64,000 nucleotides of DNA from contig CAVTHK010000001.1 of the NCBI GenBank assembly GCA_963734495.1, positions 576,001-640,000 on the forward strand. The letters are read 5' to 3'. The notes under the pieces are model-generated. The model was not told the DNA's origin, did not search any database, and saw only the letters and a list, made by a program, of their open reading frames with translations. Positions 9,451 to 18,888 of the stretch are shown in pieces (positions within the stretch are counted from its first letter, which is position 1; every line of letters begins with the position of its first letter). The stretch comes from an uncultured Spirochaetota bacterium (GTDB lineage: Bacteria > Spirochaetota > Spirochaetia > SZUA-6 > CAVTHK01). Both the position numbers and the translations under genes were made by a program.

Positions 9451-9873
9451 TCAAGGCTTGACGATCTCGCCCTTCCACCTGCCGATCGGTCCGAAGTCCA
9501 CCACGTTCGTGTACCCGGCCCCGGTGAGCGCCCGGTACGCCGCGGCCGAACGGGACCCGCTGCGGCAGTAGACGATGATGAGGGCGGCCTTGTCGCGCGT
9601 CGGAGGCTTTGCCAGGATCGTGTCGTTTGGGATGTTGACGGCCGTGGGGATGTGTCCGGAAGCGAACTCCTCCGGCGTCCTCACGTCGACCAGGATGTAG
9701 GGGACGCCTTTGCCGGCCGCCTTGTCCGCGATCAGCTTCTGGAGCCCGTCCGGCGTCCCGTAGTCGGCCGACTTGTTGCCCTGCGCCTTGTCGTCCTGCG
9801 CCCCGCCCTGCGCCGCGGCCGTGAGGGCCGCCGCGAGGCCGAACACCAGCGCCGCCAGTCCTGCCCTGCGCAT
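9451..9873 (-). CDS. Secreted rhodanese-domain protein
   Basis: Signal peptide; LVDVRTPEEFASGHIPTAVNIP and VYCRSGSRS. Confidence 0.9.
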   Translation of the reverse strand: MRRAGLAALVFGLAAALTAAAQGGAQDDKAQGNKSADYGTPDGLQKLIADKAAGKGVPYILVDVRTPEEFASGHIPTAVNIPNDTILAKPPTRDKAALIIVYCRSGSRSAAAYRALTGAGYTNVVDFGPIGRWKGEIVKP

Positions 9874-10021
9874 GGAAAGGTCCTCCTGCCTGCCTGCCGT
9901 AGACTGTACCGGAGGGGCCGACTGCGGCGCAAGCCCGCTCAAGCCCGCGAAGCCCGCGGCAAACCCTCCCCCGTTGCAGCGCCAGTCCCGCCCGGACTAC
10001 ACTCCCTGCGCGAGGCCCTCC

Positions 10022-11188
10022 ATGCAGAACGTCATCGTCGTGAGCAACGTCGCTGACAACCCCTTTGCCGAGGACATTGCCCACGCCATGAACCAGGACG
10101 AGGACTACTCGGACCTGATCTCCCTCAAGGACTTCCTGAACACGGAGTTCTGTCCCCGGTTCATCGTGGACGAGGAAGACCGGGAGCGGACCGGCAGGAA
10201 GCTCGAAAACCGCACGATCCTGATCGTGTCGACTTCGATGGGGCTGTACACGCGGCAGGACCTGGCGATGCGCAACTGCCTCATCGCGCGCGCGGCCAAG
10301 GACAACGGGGCCGGCAGGGTCATCCTGCTCGAGCCCGACCTTTACTACAGCGCCCAGGACCGGGGGCCGCGGCCCGAGCACGGGCTCACCGCCTTTCCGC
10401 GCGACCCGGACGATTTCCGCAAGTTCGACGGGCAGCCGTTCACGGCCCGGCTGTACGCCGACCTCCTCAGGCAATCGGGCGTCGACGAGGTCGTGACCGT
10501 CCACAACCACTCCGCGTCGGTGCGGGCCATCTTCATGGACCGCTTCTCGGGGCGCTTCCACAACCTCCTGCCGGCCGACCTGTACGCGAGCTACCTGCGC
10601 GACTCAGACATCGTCGACCGCGAGCGCCTCGCGCTCAGCGCGCCCGACAAGGGAGCGCTCACGTTCTGCGAGTACGTGCAGAAGGAGCTCGGGGAGCCGC
10701 GGGTTCCGCTTGTTGTTTTGTGCAAGGAGAGGCGGGGCGAGCGCGAGGTCAAGGTGGAGGTCTCGGAGAGCTCCGAGGTGAGGAGGGAGGCGGTCGCGGG
10801 CCGTCACGTGGCGCTGATCGACGACATGACGCGCACGGGAGTGACGGCTGCCGAGTGCTGCCGGCTGCTCACGCGCCTCGGCGCGGAGCGGGTCGTGGTG
10901 TTCGTGACCCACTTCCACTCGAGCCGCGAGATCCGGGGGAACCTGAGCGACCCTGCCGTGACCGAGATCGTCACCACGAACACCATCCCGCAGATCCTCA
11001 ACAGGGACATGCAGGGACGGCTGCGCAAGCAGATCGTGGTGCTCAAGGTCGAGCGCTGGGTCGCGAGCTTCATGAGGCAGCTCCTCGGCGAGCCGGAGCC
11101 TCTTTCGGGGCCGCTGTACGCCGAGGACATGTCGAGCAAGAACCCCCGCTGGCGCGGGACGATGGGGCCGCTGTTCTCTTCGCGATAG
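10022..11188 (+). CDS. prs: Ribose-phosphate pyrophosphokinase (atypical)
   Basis: PDLYYSAQDR, SAPDKGA and PRT motif LIDDMTRTGVT; upstream TTGCAG-N18-TACACT. Confidence 0.75.
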   Translation: MQNVIVVSNVADNPFAEDIAHAMNQDEDYSDLISLKDFLNTEFCPRFIVDEEDRERTGRKLENRTILIVSTSMGLYTRQDLAMRNCLIARAAKDNGAGRVILLEPDLYYSAQDRGPRPEHGLTAFPRDPDDFRKFDGQPFTARLYADLLRQSGVDEVVTVHNHSASVRAIFMDRFSGRFHNLLPADLYASYLRDSDIVDRERLALSAPDKGALTFCEYVQKELGEPRVPLVVLCKERRGEREVKVEVSESSEVRREAVAGRHVALIDDMTRTGVTAAECCRLLTRLGAERVVVFVTHFHSSREIRGNLSDPAVTEIVTTNTIPQILNRDMQGRLRKQIVVLKVERWVASFMRQLLGEPEPLSGPLYAEDMSSKNPRWRGTMGPLFSSR

Positions 11189-11279
11189 ACGCACACGCCG
11201 CGGCCGCGCCGCGCCGGGGGCCGGCCGGCACGCCGCGACGGCGCCTCCCGCGGCGCCGCCCCGTCTGCCGCGCGCGCGA

Positions 11280-13004
11280 TCAGCGCATCACGACGTTCGG
11301 CAGCATCTGGGCGCCCTTGAACTCCAGGTAGCGGAACGGGTGGATGTCCAGCGGGTTGGGGAACCAGCCGTCGATCTTGTCGAGGTCGATGAGGTTCAGC
11401 GACGGCTGGTGGCTGACCGGCATGATGACGCCCGTCGTGAGGAGCATGCTCTCGGCTTCGCCGAACTTCTTGTAGCGCTCCTGCCCGGTCAGCGCGCTGC
11501 CGTCGGAGACCAGCTTGTCATAGTCCGCGTTGCGGTAGTGGGCGTCGTTGAGGTTGCTGTCGCCCGTCCACATCTGGAGGAAGGTGAGGGGATCGAGAAA
11601 GTCGCCGATCCACGTCATCTGGCCGATGGTGTACCCTTCGCCCTTGATGCTCGCGAAGTACCGGTCGTAGTCCACGGTCGAAACCTCGACGTCGAGGCCG
11701 ATCGCATCCTTCCAGGCGTCGCCGATGAGCTTTGCGACCCGCTCCGAATCCCCGCCGGCCCCCACGCGGAAGACGAGCTTCGGCAGGCCCTTGCCCCCGG
11801 GAAAGCCCGCCTCGGCGAGCAGCTTGAGGGCCTCTTCCTTGTCGGGCTTTTCGATGGCCTGCACGTCGGGGTAGCCGGGGATCTGGTAGACGAGCTTGGC
11901 GGTCGGAAAGAACACCTGGTCGGTGCGCACCTGGTCCCAGGGGACGAGCAGGGCGAGCGCGCGCCTGACCTTGGGGTTGTTCCACGGCTCGCTATCGCTG
12001 CGGAAGAAGTAGAAGCTCGTGGCGAACAGCGGGTTGAAGACGACGTTGCTCGTGTCCTTCAGGACCGAGCTGTCCCAGCTCGTCGCCCACTGGATCAGGC
12101 CCTGGTTGAAGCCCTCGGACGCCGCCCCCGGGGTGCTCAGGAAGCGCATCACGATGCGATCGAGCTTGACTTCGCTGCGGCCCCAGTAGAGGTTGTTGCG
12201 GGCGAACACGATCTCGTTGTCGTTCTTCTCGAGGACGAAGAAGGGACCGTTGCCCACGATCGAGGAGCGCTTCTGCCAGCCGTCGTCGTGCATGTAGAAG
12301 GGGTGGATCGGAACGAACGCCATGTGGCAGAGCACCTTGAGAAAGTGAGGCGCGGGCTTTTCGAGCTCCACTTCGAGGGTGTAGTCGTTCACCACGCGGA
12401 TGCCCACTTCGTCCTGGTCCGTCGTCTGCCCGGTTCGATAGGCGCGGGCTCCCTTGATCACGTCGAAGAACGTCGAGTACTCGGCGCCCGACTTGGGGTC
12501 GAGCACGCGGAACCAGGAGTCGCGAAAGACCTTGGCCGTCACCGGGTCTCCGTTGCTGAAGCGGCCTTCCTCGCGCAGGTAGAAGCGGTAGACCAGGCCG
12601 TTGTCAGAGATGTCCCAGCGCCGTGCCGCGCCGGGCATCGGCTCGAGCGTCATCGGGTTGTAGATGACCAGCCCCTCGTAGATCGCCGTGTACACCTGGG
12701 CTTCCAGCGAGGTGTAGGCGCGCACCGGGTCGAAGCTGATCGAGCCCGCGAGCGTGGCAAAGACGAACTCCTGCGGCTTCTCCTGCTGTTTTTCCGGAGG
12801 CGTGGGTTGCGCCGGCGCGGCTTCGGCCGGCTTCGGCGCAGGCCCGACCTGGGGGGCGGGCGCCGCCGGGCCCGCGGCCTGCCGCGGGGCCGCCGCGGCG
12901 CTCAGGCCCGCGCAGCCCGCCAGGGCCGCGGCGACAAAGAGCACCCCGAGCGCCGCCAACGAGGCGCGCACCGCGAGGCGACGAGAGCCGGTCTGTCTGT
13001 TCAT
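11280..13004 (-). CDS. oppA: Peptide ABC transporter substrate-binding lipoprotein (family 5)
   Basis: Lipobox LAGC, Pro/Ala linker, IYEGLV, FYLREEGRFSNGDPVTA, GNGPF, WIGDFLDP. Confidence 0.9.
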   Translation of the reverse strand: MNRQTGSRRLAVRASLAALGVLFVAAALAGCAGLSAAAAPRQAAGPAAPAPQVGPAPKPAEAAPAQPTPPEKQQEKPQEFVFATLAGSISFDPVRAYTSLEAQVYTAIYEGLVIYNPMTLEPMPGAARRWDISDNGLVYRFYLREEGRFSNGDPVTAKVFRDSWFRVLDPKSGAEYSTFFDVIKGARAYRTGQTTDQDEVGIRVVNDYTLEVELEKPAPHFLKVLCHMAFVPIHPFYMHDDGWQKRSSIVGNGPFFVLEKNDNEIVFARNNLYWGRSEVKLDRIVMRFLSTPGAASEGFNQGLIQWATSWDSSVLKDTSNVVFNPLFATSFYFFRSDSEPWNNPKVRRALALLVPWDQVRTDQVFFPTAKLVYQIPGYPDVQAIEKPDKEEALKLLAEAGFPGGKGLPKLVFRVGAGGDSERVAKLIGDAWKDAIGLDVEVSTVDYDRYFASIKGEGYTIGQMTWIGDFLDPLTFLQMWTGDSNLNDAHYRNADYDKLVSDGSALTGQERYKKFGEAESMLLTTGVIMPVSHQPSLNLIDLDKIDGWFPNPLDIHPFRYLEFKGAQMLPNVVMR

Positions 13005-13058
13005 GCAAAGTCTCTCCAGGAATATACCGACGCGCCGAAAGGCGGGTCAAAGAGCGCC

Positions 13059-13099
13059 GGCGGCGTCTGGCGGCGCCTGGCAGCGTCCGGGCGGCGTCT
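13059..13099. repeat. Degenerate 10-bp tandem repeat (GGCGGCGTCT x4)
   Basis: ggcggcgtct ggcggcgcct ggcagcgtcc g ggcggcgtct, intergenic. Confidence 0.55.
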
Positions 13100-13129
13100 G
13101 TTTCCAGGCGCGTCGACCCGCGGCGTCGC

Positions 13130-14251
13130 TCATCCGGCGGGCGGGACCGCCGCGTCGACCGCCTCGAAGTAGCGGCGGATCACGATCGCCTCGTCGAACT
13201 GCTCCTGCACCTTGAGCCTGCTCGCTCGCCCCATGCGGTCGCGCTCGGCCGGGGAAAGCGCGAGCAGCCGGAGCATGGCCCGCGCCAGGTCGCCCGCGTC
13301 GCGGGGCCGGCAGAGGTAGCCGTTGGCTCCGTCGTCCACCGCTTCGCGGCAGCCGACGCTGTCGGTCGTGATCAGCGGCTTCCCCATGCTCGCGGCTTCC
13401 AGCAGCGTGCGCGGCACCCCTTCGCGGTAGTAGGAAGGCAGCACGACGCAGTCCGCCTTGCGGATCTGCTCGCGGATGTCGCTCGAGAACCCGAGGTAGC
13501 TCACCACGCCCTCGGCCTCCCAGGCCGCGATGGTCTCGGCCGCGATCGCCGACGGGTTGGCCACCCCGATCTCGCCCGCCATCAGGAAGCGCGCCTCCGG
13601 CCGCTCGCGCCGGACGATGCGCGCGGCCTCGACGTACTCCGCGATCCCCTTTTCACGGATCATCCTCGCGATGAGAAGAAAGACGGGCGGGGCTCCCGGC
13701 TCGCGCGGCGGTGCCGGCGCGAAGCGCTCGGTATCGACTCCTGACCCCGGGAGCAGCCGCGCCTTTTCCTCCCGAACCAGGCGCCCCGCGAGGAACAGCG
13801 CCCGGTCGTCCGGGTTCTGGAAGAAGACCGCGGCCGCCCGCGCGAACGCGACGCGATAGAGACCGCGCGCGACCAGCAGGGCGGCGGACGGCGACTGGAA
13901 CAGCGTGCCGAGACCCGAGACGTTGGCGATCGCGGGGATCCCGAGCCGCCTCGCGGCCAGGCCGCCGTAGATGTTGGGCTTGATGGTAAAGTGAAGGACG
14001 ACGTCGGGCGAGATCTCGCGGTACAGGCGGACCAGGCGCCCGAGCAGGGCGAGATCGTGCGCGGGGCTGGTCGACGAGGCGCGCATGGCGAGCGGGTGGA
14101 ACCGGATGCCGTCGGCGGCGATGGCCGCCGCGCTGTCGTCGGGGGGCGCGGCGGCCGCGACCTCGTCGCCGCGGCCGCGAAAGGCGCGCACGAGGCCCCA
14201 GCGGAAGTTGCGGATGTTCCAGGCCGTGTTGGCCACGAAGAGGAGCTTCAC
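13130..14251 (-). CDS. Glycosyltransferase family 4 (CapM-like)
   Basis: HFTIKPNIYGG, FFQNPDD, PGSGVD, LPSYYREGVPRTLLEAASMGKP. Confidence 0.92.
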   Translation of the reverse strand: MKLLFVANTAWNIRNFRWGLVRAFRGRGDEVAAAAPPDDSAAAIAADGIRFHPLAMRASSTSPAHDLALLGRLVRLYREISPDVVLHFTIKPNIYGGLAARRLGIPAIANVSGLGTLFQSPSAALLVARGLYRVAFARAAAVFFQNPDDRALFLAGRLVREEKARLLPGSGVDTERFAPAPPREPGAPPVFLLIARMIREKGIAEYVEAARIVRRERPEARFLMAGEIGVANPSAIAAETIAAWEAEGVVSYLGFSSDIREQIRKADCVVLPSYYREGVPRTLLEAASMGKPLITTDSVGCREAVDDGANGYLCRPRDAGDLARAMLRLLALSPAERDRMGRASRLKVQEQFDEAIVIRRYFEAVDAAVPPAG

Positions 14252-15303
14252 CGCACGACCTCCACGGCGAGCCCGTCGCCGCCGCGCATCAGCCGCAGCC
14301 AGCCGATGTCGTTGCCCACGAACCGTATGGTCCCCCGCGGCGCGCCTCCCGCGGGCGTCACCCAGACCTGGATCCGGTTGCGCCGCAGCACGCTCGCCTC
14401 GACGGTGATCGAGACCGGGGCGCTCCCGCCGTCGAAGTTCCGCAGGTACACCTCGATGCCCGCCCCGGAATTGCGCTCGATGCGGCAGCGTCGCACGACG
14501 CAGTCCTCGAGGCTCTCGTTGGCCCGATTCGGCTCGAAGTCGATCCCGGCCTGGGGCGCGGTGCCCCGGGTGCGCTCGATCACGCAGTCCTCGATCAGCA
14601 GGCCGCGCGCGGACACCACGCTGATGCCCTGGCGGTAGTTGTCCGTGAGCCGCACCCCGCGGATCGTCACGTTCGCGCAGTACGGGTCGATCCCGCCCCT
14701 GCGGCTGTCGCCCACGTAGATGCCGTCGCCCCCGCTCGACTCGATCGCGAGCCCTTCGACGAGGACGTTGCGGCAGCTCTGCAGAGAGAGCGCATGGCGC
14801 CACTCGGCCTGCTCATAGGGCGGCGCCATGTAGTCCGACTTTCTCATCCGCAGCGTCGCGCCCCAGCCCCGAAGCGTCAGGTTGGTGACGGCGTCGGCGG
14901 AAAAGAGAGCGTCGCCGCCGCCGAGGAACAGCCCGGGCTTCGCCTCGATCACCACGCCCTGCTCGAAGAGGATCTCCTGGCTGCCGGCGAGGCGGATCGG
15001 ACCGAGGAGCCACGGAGACCCCATGTTCGGGACTTCCACCACCGCCGCACCCGAATCGATGGCCGCCTGCAGGGCATGCGTGGAGTCGGCGGGGTCGAAG
15101 CCCCACCACGCCGCGCTCACGACGCCCTGGCGGCCCCCGACCGCCGACGCGGCAGCCGCCGCGTCGCGGCGGGCGGCGCCCTCGAAGCGCACCGGCCGCC
15201 CGCCCGGCAGGGGCGCGACCAGGCCGCGCGACTGGGCGCAGCCGGTGGCCAGGAGGCAGGCCGCGGCCGCTGCATTGAAGAATCGCCGCCCGCGGGCTAA
15301 CAT
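14248..15303 (-). CDS. Right-handed parallel beta-helix lipoprotein (pectin-lyase-like fold)
   Basis: FDPADSTHALQAAID, SGGDGIYV, DNYRQGISVVS, PQAGIDFEPN; lipobox LATGC; start uncertain. Confidence 0.8.
   Translation of the reverse strand: MLARGRRFFNAAAAACLLATGCAQSRGLVAPLPGGRPVRFEGAARRDAAAAASAVGGRQGVVSAAWWGFDPADSTHALQAAIDSGAAVVEVPNMGSPWLLGPIRLAGSQEILFEQGVVIEAKPGLFLGGGDALFSADAVTNLTLRGWGATLRMRKSDYMAPPYEQAEWRHALSLQSCRNVLVEGLAIESSGGDGIYVGDSRRGGIDPYCANVTIRGVRLTDNYRQGISVVSARGLLIEDCVIERTRGTAPQAGIDFEPNRANESLEDCVVRRCRIERNSGAGIEVYLRNFDGGSAPVSITVEASVLRRNRIQVWVTPAGGAPRGTIRFVGNDIGWLRLMRGGDGLAVEVVR
15275..15303 (+). promoter_or_regulatory. Putative sigma70-type promoter
   Basis: TTGAAG-N17-TAACAT, 9 nt before ATG 15313. 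Confidence 0.5.
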
Positions 15304-15312
15304 GGCCCGCCC

Positions 15313-16375
15313 ATGAGAATCACCGTGCTTGCCCTGTTCGACCGCATCTCGTTGTTCCACACGCTCAAGCCCGTCTTTCTCTGCGCCGGCGAGCATCGCT
15401 TCACGATCACGGACTCCTCGGAGTGGTGCCTCAGCCGCGACTCGAACCGCGTCCTGATCATGGAGCGCTGCTTCCTCAAGCCCGACGTCGTCGACTACAC
15501 CCTGCTGCGGCCGCCTGCGCGACAAGTACGAGCGCATCGCGTTCTTCAACGGCAACGCGGGCGGCGGAATCCACCGCCCCGGCGTCCTCGCCTTTGTCGA
15601 CCTCTTCTACAACAAGGCGCTGTTCCGGAACCGCCTGGTGTACCGCAGGCGCCTGTACGCCAACGAGCTCTTCGCAGACTACTACCACACCCGCTACGGA
15701 GTCACGGACACCCCCGACAAGACCGTCGAGCCCGTCGGCGACGATGCGGAGCTGGCCAAGCTGCGCCTCTCGTGGAACGTCGGCATCGGGGATTTCCCGC
15801 GCCGGAACCTGCGCCAGCGCGCCGGAGTGGCGCTGGCGCGCATGCTCGGCGGCCGCTGGGCGCGGCCGTTCTTCGCGCGCGGCCCCTGGCGGTCGCCGGC
15901 AAACAGCGGCGCCATTGCCGTCCACGCCCGATTCGGCTATCCCGCCCAGGCCTCCATCGCCTCCCACAGGCGGGTGCTCGCCGACCGGATCAAGGGGCAT
16001 CCCGCTTTCGTCACGGGCCAGGTGGGCCAGAGACGCTTCAACTGGGAAGTCCGAAACTCCCGCATCGTGCTGAGCCCCTTCGGCTGGGGCGAGCTCGCGT
16101 TCCGCGACTACGAGGCGGTGCGCAGCGGGGCCCTGCTGGTCAAGCCCGACATGAGCCACCTCGAGACCTGGCCGGATGTCTTCGTGGCGGGGGAGACTTA
16201 CGTGCCCATCGCCTGGGACGGAAGCGACGTCATCGAGAAGTGCGAGCACTACCTCGCGCACGACGCGGAGCGCCGCCGGATCGTGGCCAACGCCACCGAA
16301 GCCTACGCCGGGCAGGCGCGCCGCCTCTGCGAGCGGTTCGAATCCGCGGTCGCGGAAATCGCCGGGGCGCGATAG
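15313..16375 (+). CDS. GT-B glycosyltransferase, CgeB-like C-terminus (frameshift ~15510)
   Basis: SRIVLSPFGWGELAFRDYEA..SGALLVKPDMSHLETWP. Confidence 0.75.
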
Positions 16376-16442
16376 CCGGCGCGGCCCGGTGGGGCCCGGC
16401 CCGCCCGCCCGGGGCGAGCCTCGCGTCAGGCGCAGCGCGCGA

Positions 16443-16889
16443 TCACGGGGCGGTCCCCCGGGGCCCGGAGTCGCCGCTCCCGCCCGGCGCCGGTCCGTGC
16501 CTGCGGAACACGAGAAGCTTCTGCGCCGCGAACGAGAGACTCACGACGATCGCGAGGGCAGCGATCTGGCCGGCGTAGCGGCCCAGGCCGGCCCGCTCGA
16601 CGAACAGCACGAGCAGCGCCATGTTCAGCGCGAGCATGGCGGCGTATGAGCCCGCCATCCCCGCAACCATCCGCGGGGTGACCGGCTCGCGGTTGCCGAA
16701 TGTGAACCCCTTGTTCGCGAAAAAGCTGAAGGTAGCTCCCACGCAGTACTCGGCCGCAAGCGCCGCGCGGTAGTCCAGGCCGAGGGCGACGAGGCCCGAG
16801 TAGATGAGGAACGTGACCGCGGTGTTTACGACCCCTACGAGGTTGAACCTGGCGATTTCGCCGAGTAGACCTTTTTTTTCACCACCCAC
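16443..16889 (-). CDS. GtrA family flippase-like membrane protein
   Basis: IARFNLVGVVNTAV, FSFFANKGFTF, four hydrophobic segments; overlaps upstream GT2. Confidence 0.85.
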   Translation of the reverse strand: MGGEKKGLLGEIARFNLVGVVNTAVTFLIYSGLVALGLDYRAALAAEYCVGATFSFFANKGFTFGNREPVTPRMVAGMAGSYAAMLALNMALLVLFVERAGLGRYAGQIAALAIVVSLSFAAQKLLVFRRHGPAPGGSGDSGPRGTAP

Positions 16890-17773
16890 TGCGGAGTCCC
16901 GTTGACGTCGAGATAGAGCTTTCCGAGGTATTCGCCGACCAGGCCGAGGAACACCATCTGCACGCCGCCGATAAAGAGGACCGACACGATGGTCGACGCC
17001 CAGCCGAGCGGCTCGCCGGGGGTCACCAGCTTCTGCACGAGGAACACGACTGCCAGAACGACGCACGCGGTCGACAGGAGCATTCCGGCGAACGTGACCA
17101 GGCGGAGAGGCTTGATCGAGAAGTTCACGAACATGTTGAGCCACAGCCCGACGAGCCTGCCGAGGGTGTAATTGGACCGGCCGACCTTGCGTGGATTGTG
17201 CTCGACGTACGCGCTTCCGATACTGTTCGTCACCCGGAGGATCAGGCCGTCGACGTACGGGTACGGGCCCTTGTACTTGACGATCTCGTCGATGACGTCG
17301 CGCTTGATGAGCTTGAAGCTGCTGAGGTAGAGGTCGCGGGGCTTGCCGAGGAGCCACGTCGCGACTCTGTCGTTGAAGCGGCTGCCGAGGTTGCGAAAGA
17401 GGTTGTGCTTCTTCTTGCGGTACTTCGAGTACACCACGTCCCAGCCGTTCGTCGCCTCCGCGAGCAGCTTGGGGATCTCCGACGGCGGGTTCTGGAAGTC
17501 GTCGTCGATGATGGCGGCGTAGTCGCCGCTGCAGTGGTTGAGGGCGCACATGACGGCATTGTGCTCGCTGAAGTTCCGTCTCAGGGAGATGAACTTGAGC
17601 CCGTCGAGCTCGCGCGCGAGACGCGAGCACACCTCTTCGCTCCTGTCCCTGCTCCCGTCGTTGACAAGGACGATCTCGAGCTCGATCCCCGCGAGGTCGC
17701 GGCGCACGGCGCGAACGAGCTCCTCGATCGTGGCCTCGGCGTTGTAGACCGGTACGCAGACACTGAGCAGCAT
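16835..17773 (-). CDS. GT2 polyprenyl-phosphate glycosyltransferase (ArnC/GtrB-like)
   Basis: SVCVPVYNAE, VNDGSRD, LRRNFSEHNA, IDDDFQNPP, two C-terminal TM helices then GEYLGK. Confidence 0.92.
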   Translation of the reverse strand: MLLSVCVPVYNAEATIEELVRAVRRDLAGIELEIVLVNDGSRDRSEEVCSRLARELDGLKFISLRRNFSEHNAVMCALNHCSGDYAAIIDDDFQNPPSEIPKLLAEATNGWDVVYSKYRKKKHNLFRNLGSRFNDRVATWLLGKPRDLYLSSFKLIKRDVIDEIVKYKGPYPYVDGLILRVTNSIGSAYVEHNPRKVGRSNYTLGRLVGLWLNMFVNFSIKPLRLVTFAGMLLSTACVVLAVVFLVQKLVTPGEPLGWASTIVSVLFIGGVQMVFLGLVGEYLGKLYLDVNGTPQWVVKKKVYSAKSPGSTS

Positions 17774-17787
17774 GCGTCCACTCCCGC

Positions 17788-18871
17788 CTAGAATCGGTTG
17801 ATGACTTCGACGACGCCGCGGATCTGCTCCTCGGTGTGGCAGTAGGAGATCGGCAGGCTCACCGTCGTGTTGTGGATCTCGTCGGCGATGGGGAACTCGT
17901 ACTCGTCCAGGAGCCCCTCGAGGGCCTTCTGCCTGCTCGGCGCCAGCGGGTAGTGCACGTCGGTCTTGATTCCGGCTTTGAGCAGGTGCTCACGCAGGGC
18001 GTCCCTCTTCGGGTGGCGCACGTTGAAGATGTGGTAGATGTCGTAGAAGCCGTCCTCGACGACGGGCTTTACAAAGTCGTCCTTGAGGTTCTCCAGGTAG
18101 ATGCGGGCGAGCCTGCGCTTGTGCTCGTTGATCTCGTCCAGGTGGCGGAGCTTTACCGAGAGGAAGCCGGCCTGCACCTCGTCGAGGCGCGAGTTGTAGC
18201 CCACGACTTCGTTGTAGTACTTCTTGATCGAGCCGTAGTTGCGGTACATGCGCAGCTTCTGCGCGATCGCGGCGTCGTCGGTGACGACCGCGCCGGCGTC
18301 CCCGAGGGCTCCCAGGTTCTTGGTCGGATAGAAGCTGAAGGCGCCCAGCCCGAAGGTGCCGACCCGCCGGCCCTTGTAGCGCGCCCCGTGGGCCTGCGCG
18401 GCAATCCTCGATGAGGGCCAGGTTCCTCCGGCGGCAGATCTCGAGAATCGGGTCCATGTCGCACGACTTGCCGTAGAGATGGACGGGCATCACGGCCCGC
18501 GTCCTGGGGCCGACCTTGGCCTCGATGAGCGCGGGATCGAGATTGTACGTGCGCAGGTCCGGCTCGACCAGCACGGGCCTGTGCCCGCACTGGAGGATCG
18601 CGAGGATCGTCGCGATGTAGGTGTTCGAGGGAACGATCACCTCGGAGCCGGCGGGCAGGTCGAGGACGCGCAGCGACAGGATCAGGGCGTCCAGCCCCGA
18701 GGCGACCCCGACGCAGTGCGCGGCACCGCAGTACCGGGCGAACTCCTGCTCGAACGCGGTGACCTTGCCGCCGAGGATGAACCAGCCGCCGTCGAGCGTC
18801 TCGGCAAGCGAGCGCTTGTACTCTTCGAAGAACGGCTCGTTCGCTTTGCGCAGGTTCTCGTAGTCGATCAT
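17788..18871 (-). CDS. DegT/DnrJ sugar aminotransferase, FdtB-like (frameshift ~18400)
   Basis: [25 protein letters not shown] in the shifted frame, [15 protein letters not shown]. Confidence 0.88.
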
Positions 18872-18888
18872 CGTGCTTCCTCCGGCGC

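Noticed and set aside
11189-11279. Intrinsic terminator between prs and oppA
   Set aside because: GC-rich stems are possible but there is no U-tract on either strand.
13059-13099. CRISPR array
   Set aside because: Adjacent 10-bp units without spacers, and no cas genes in the window.
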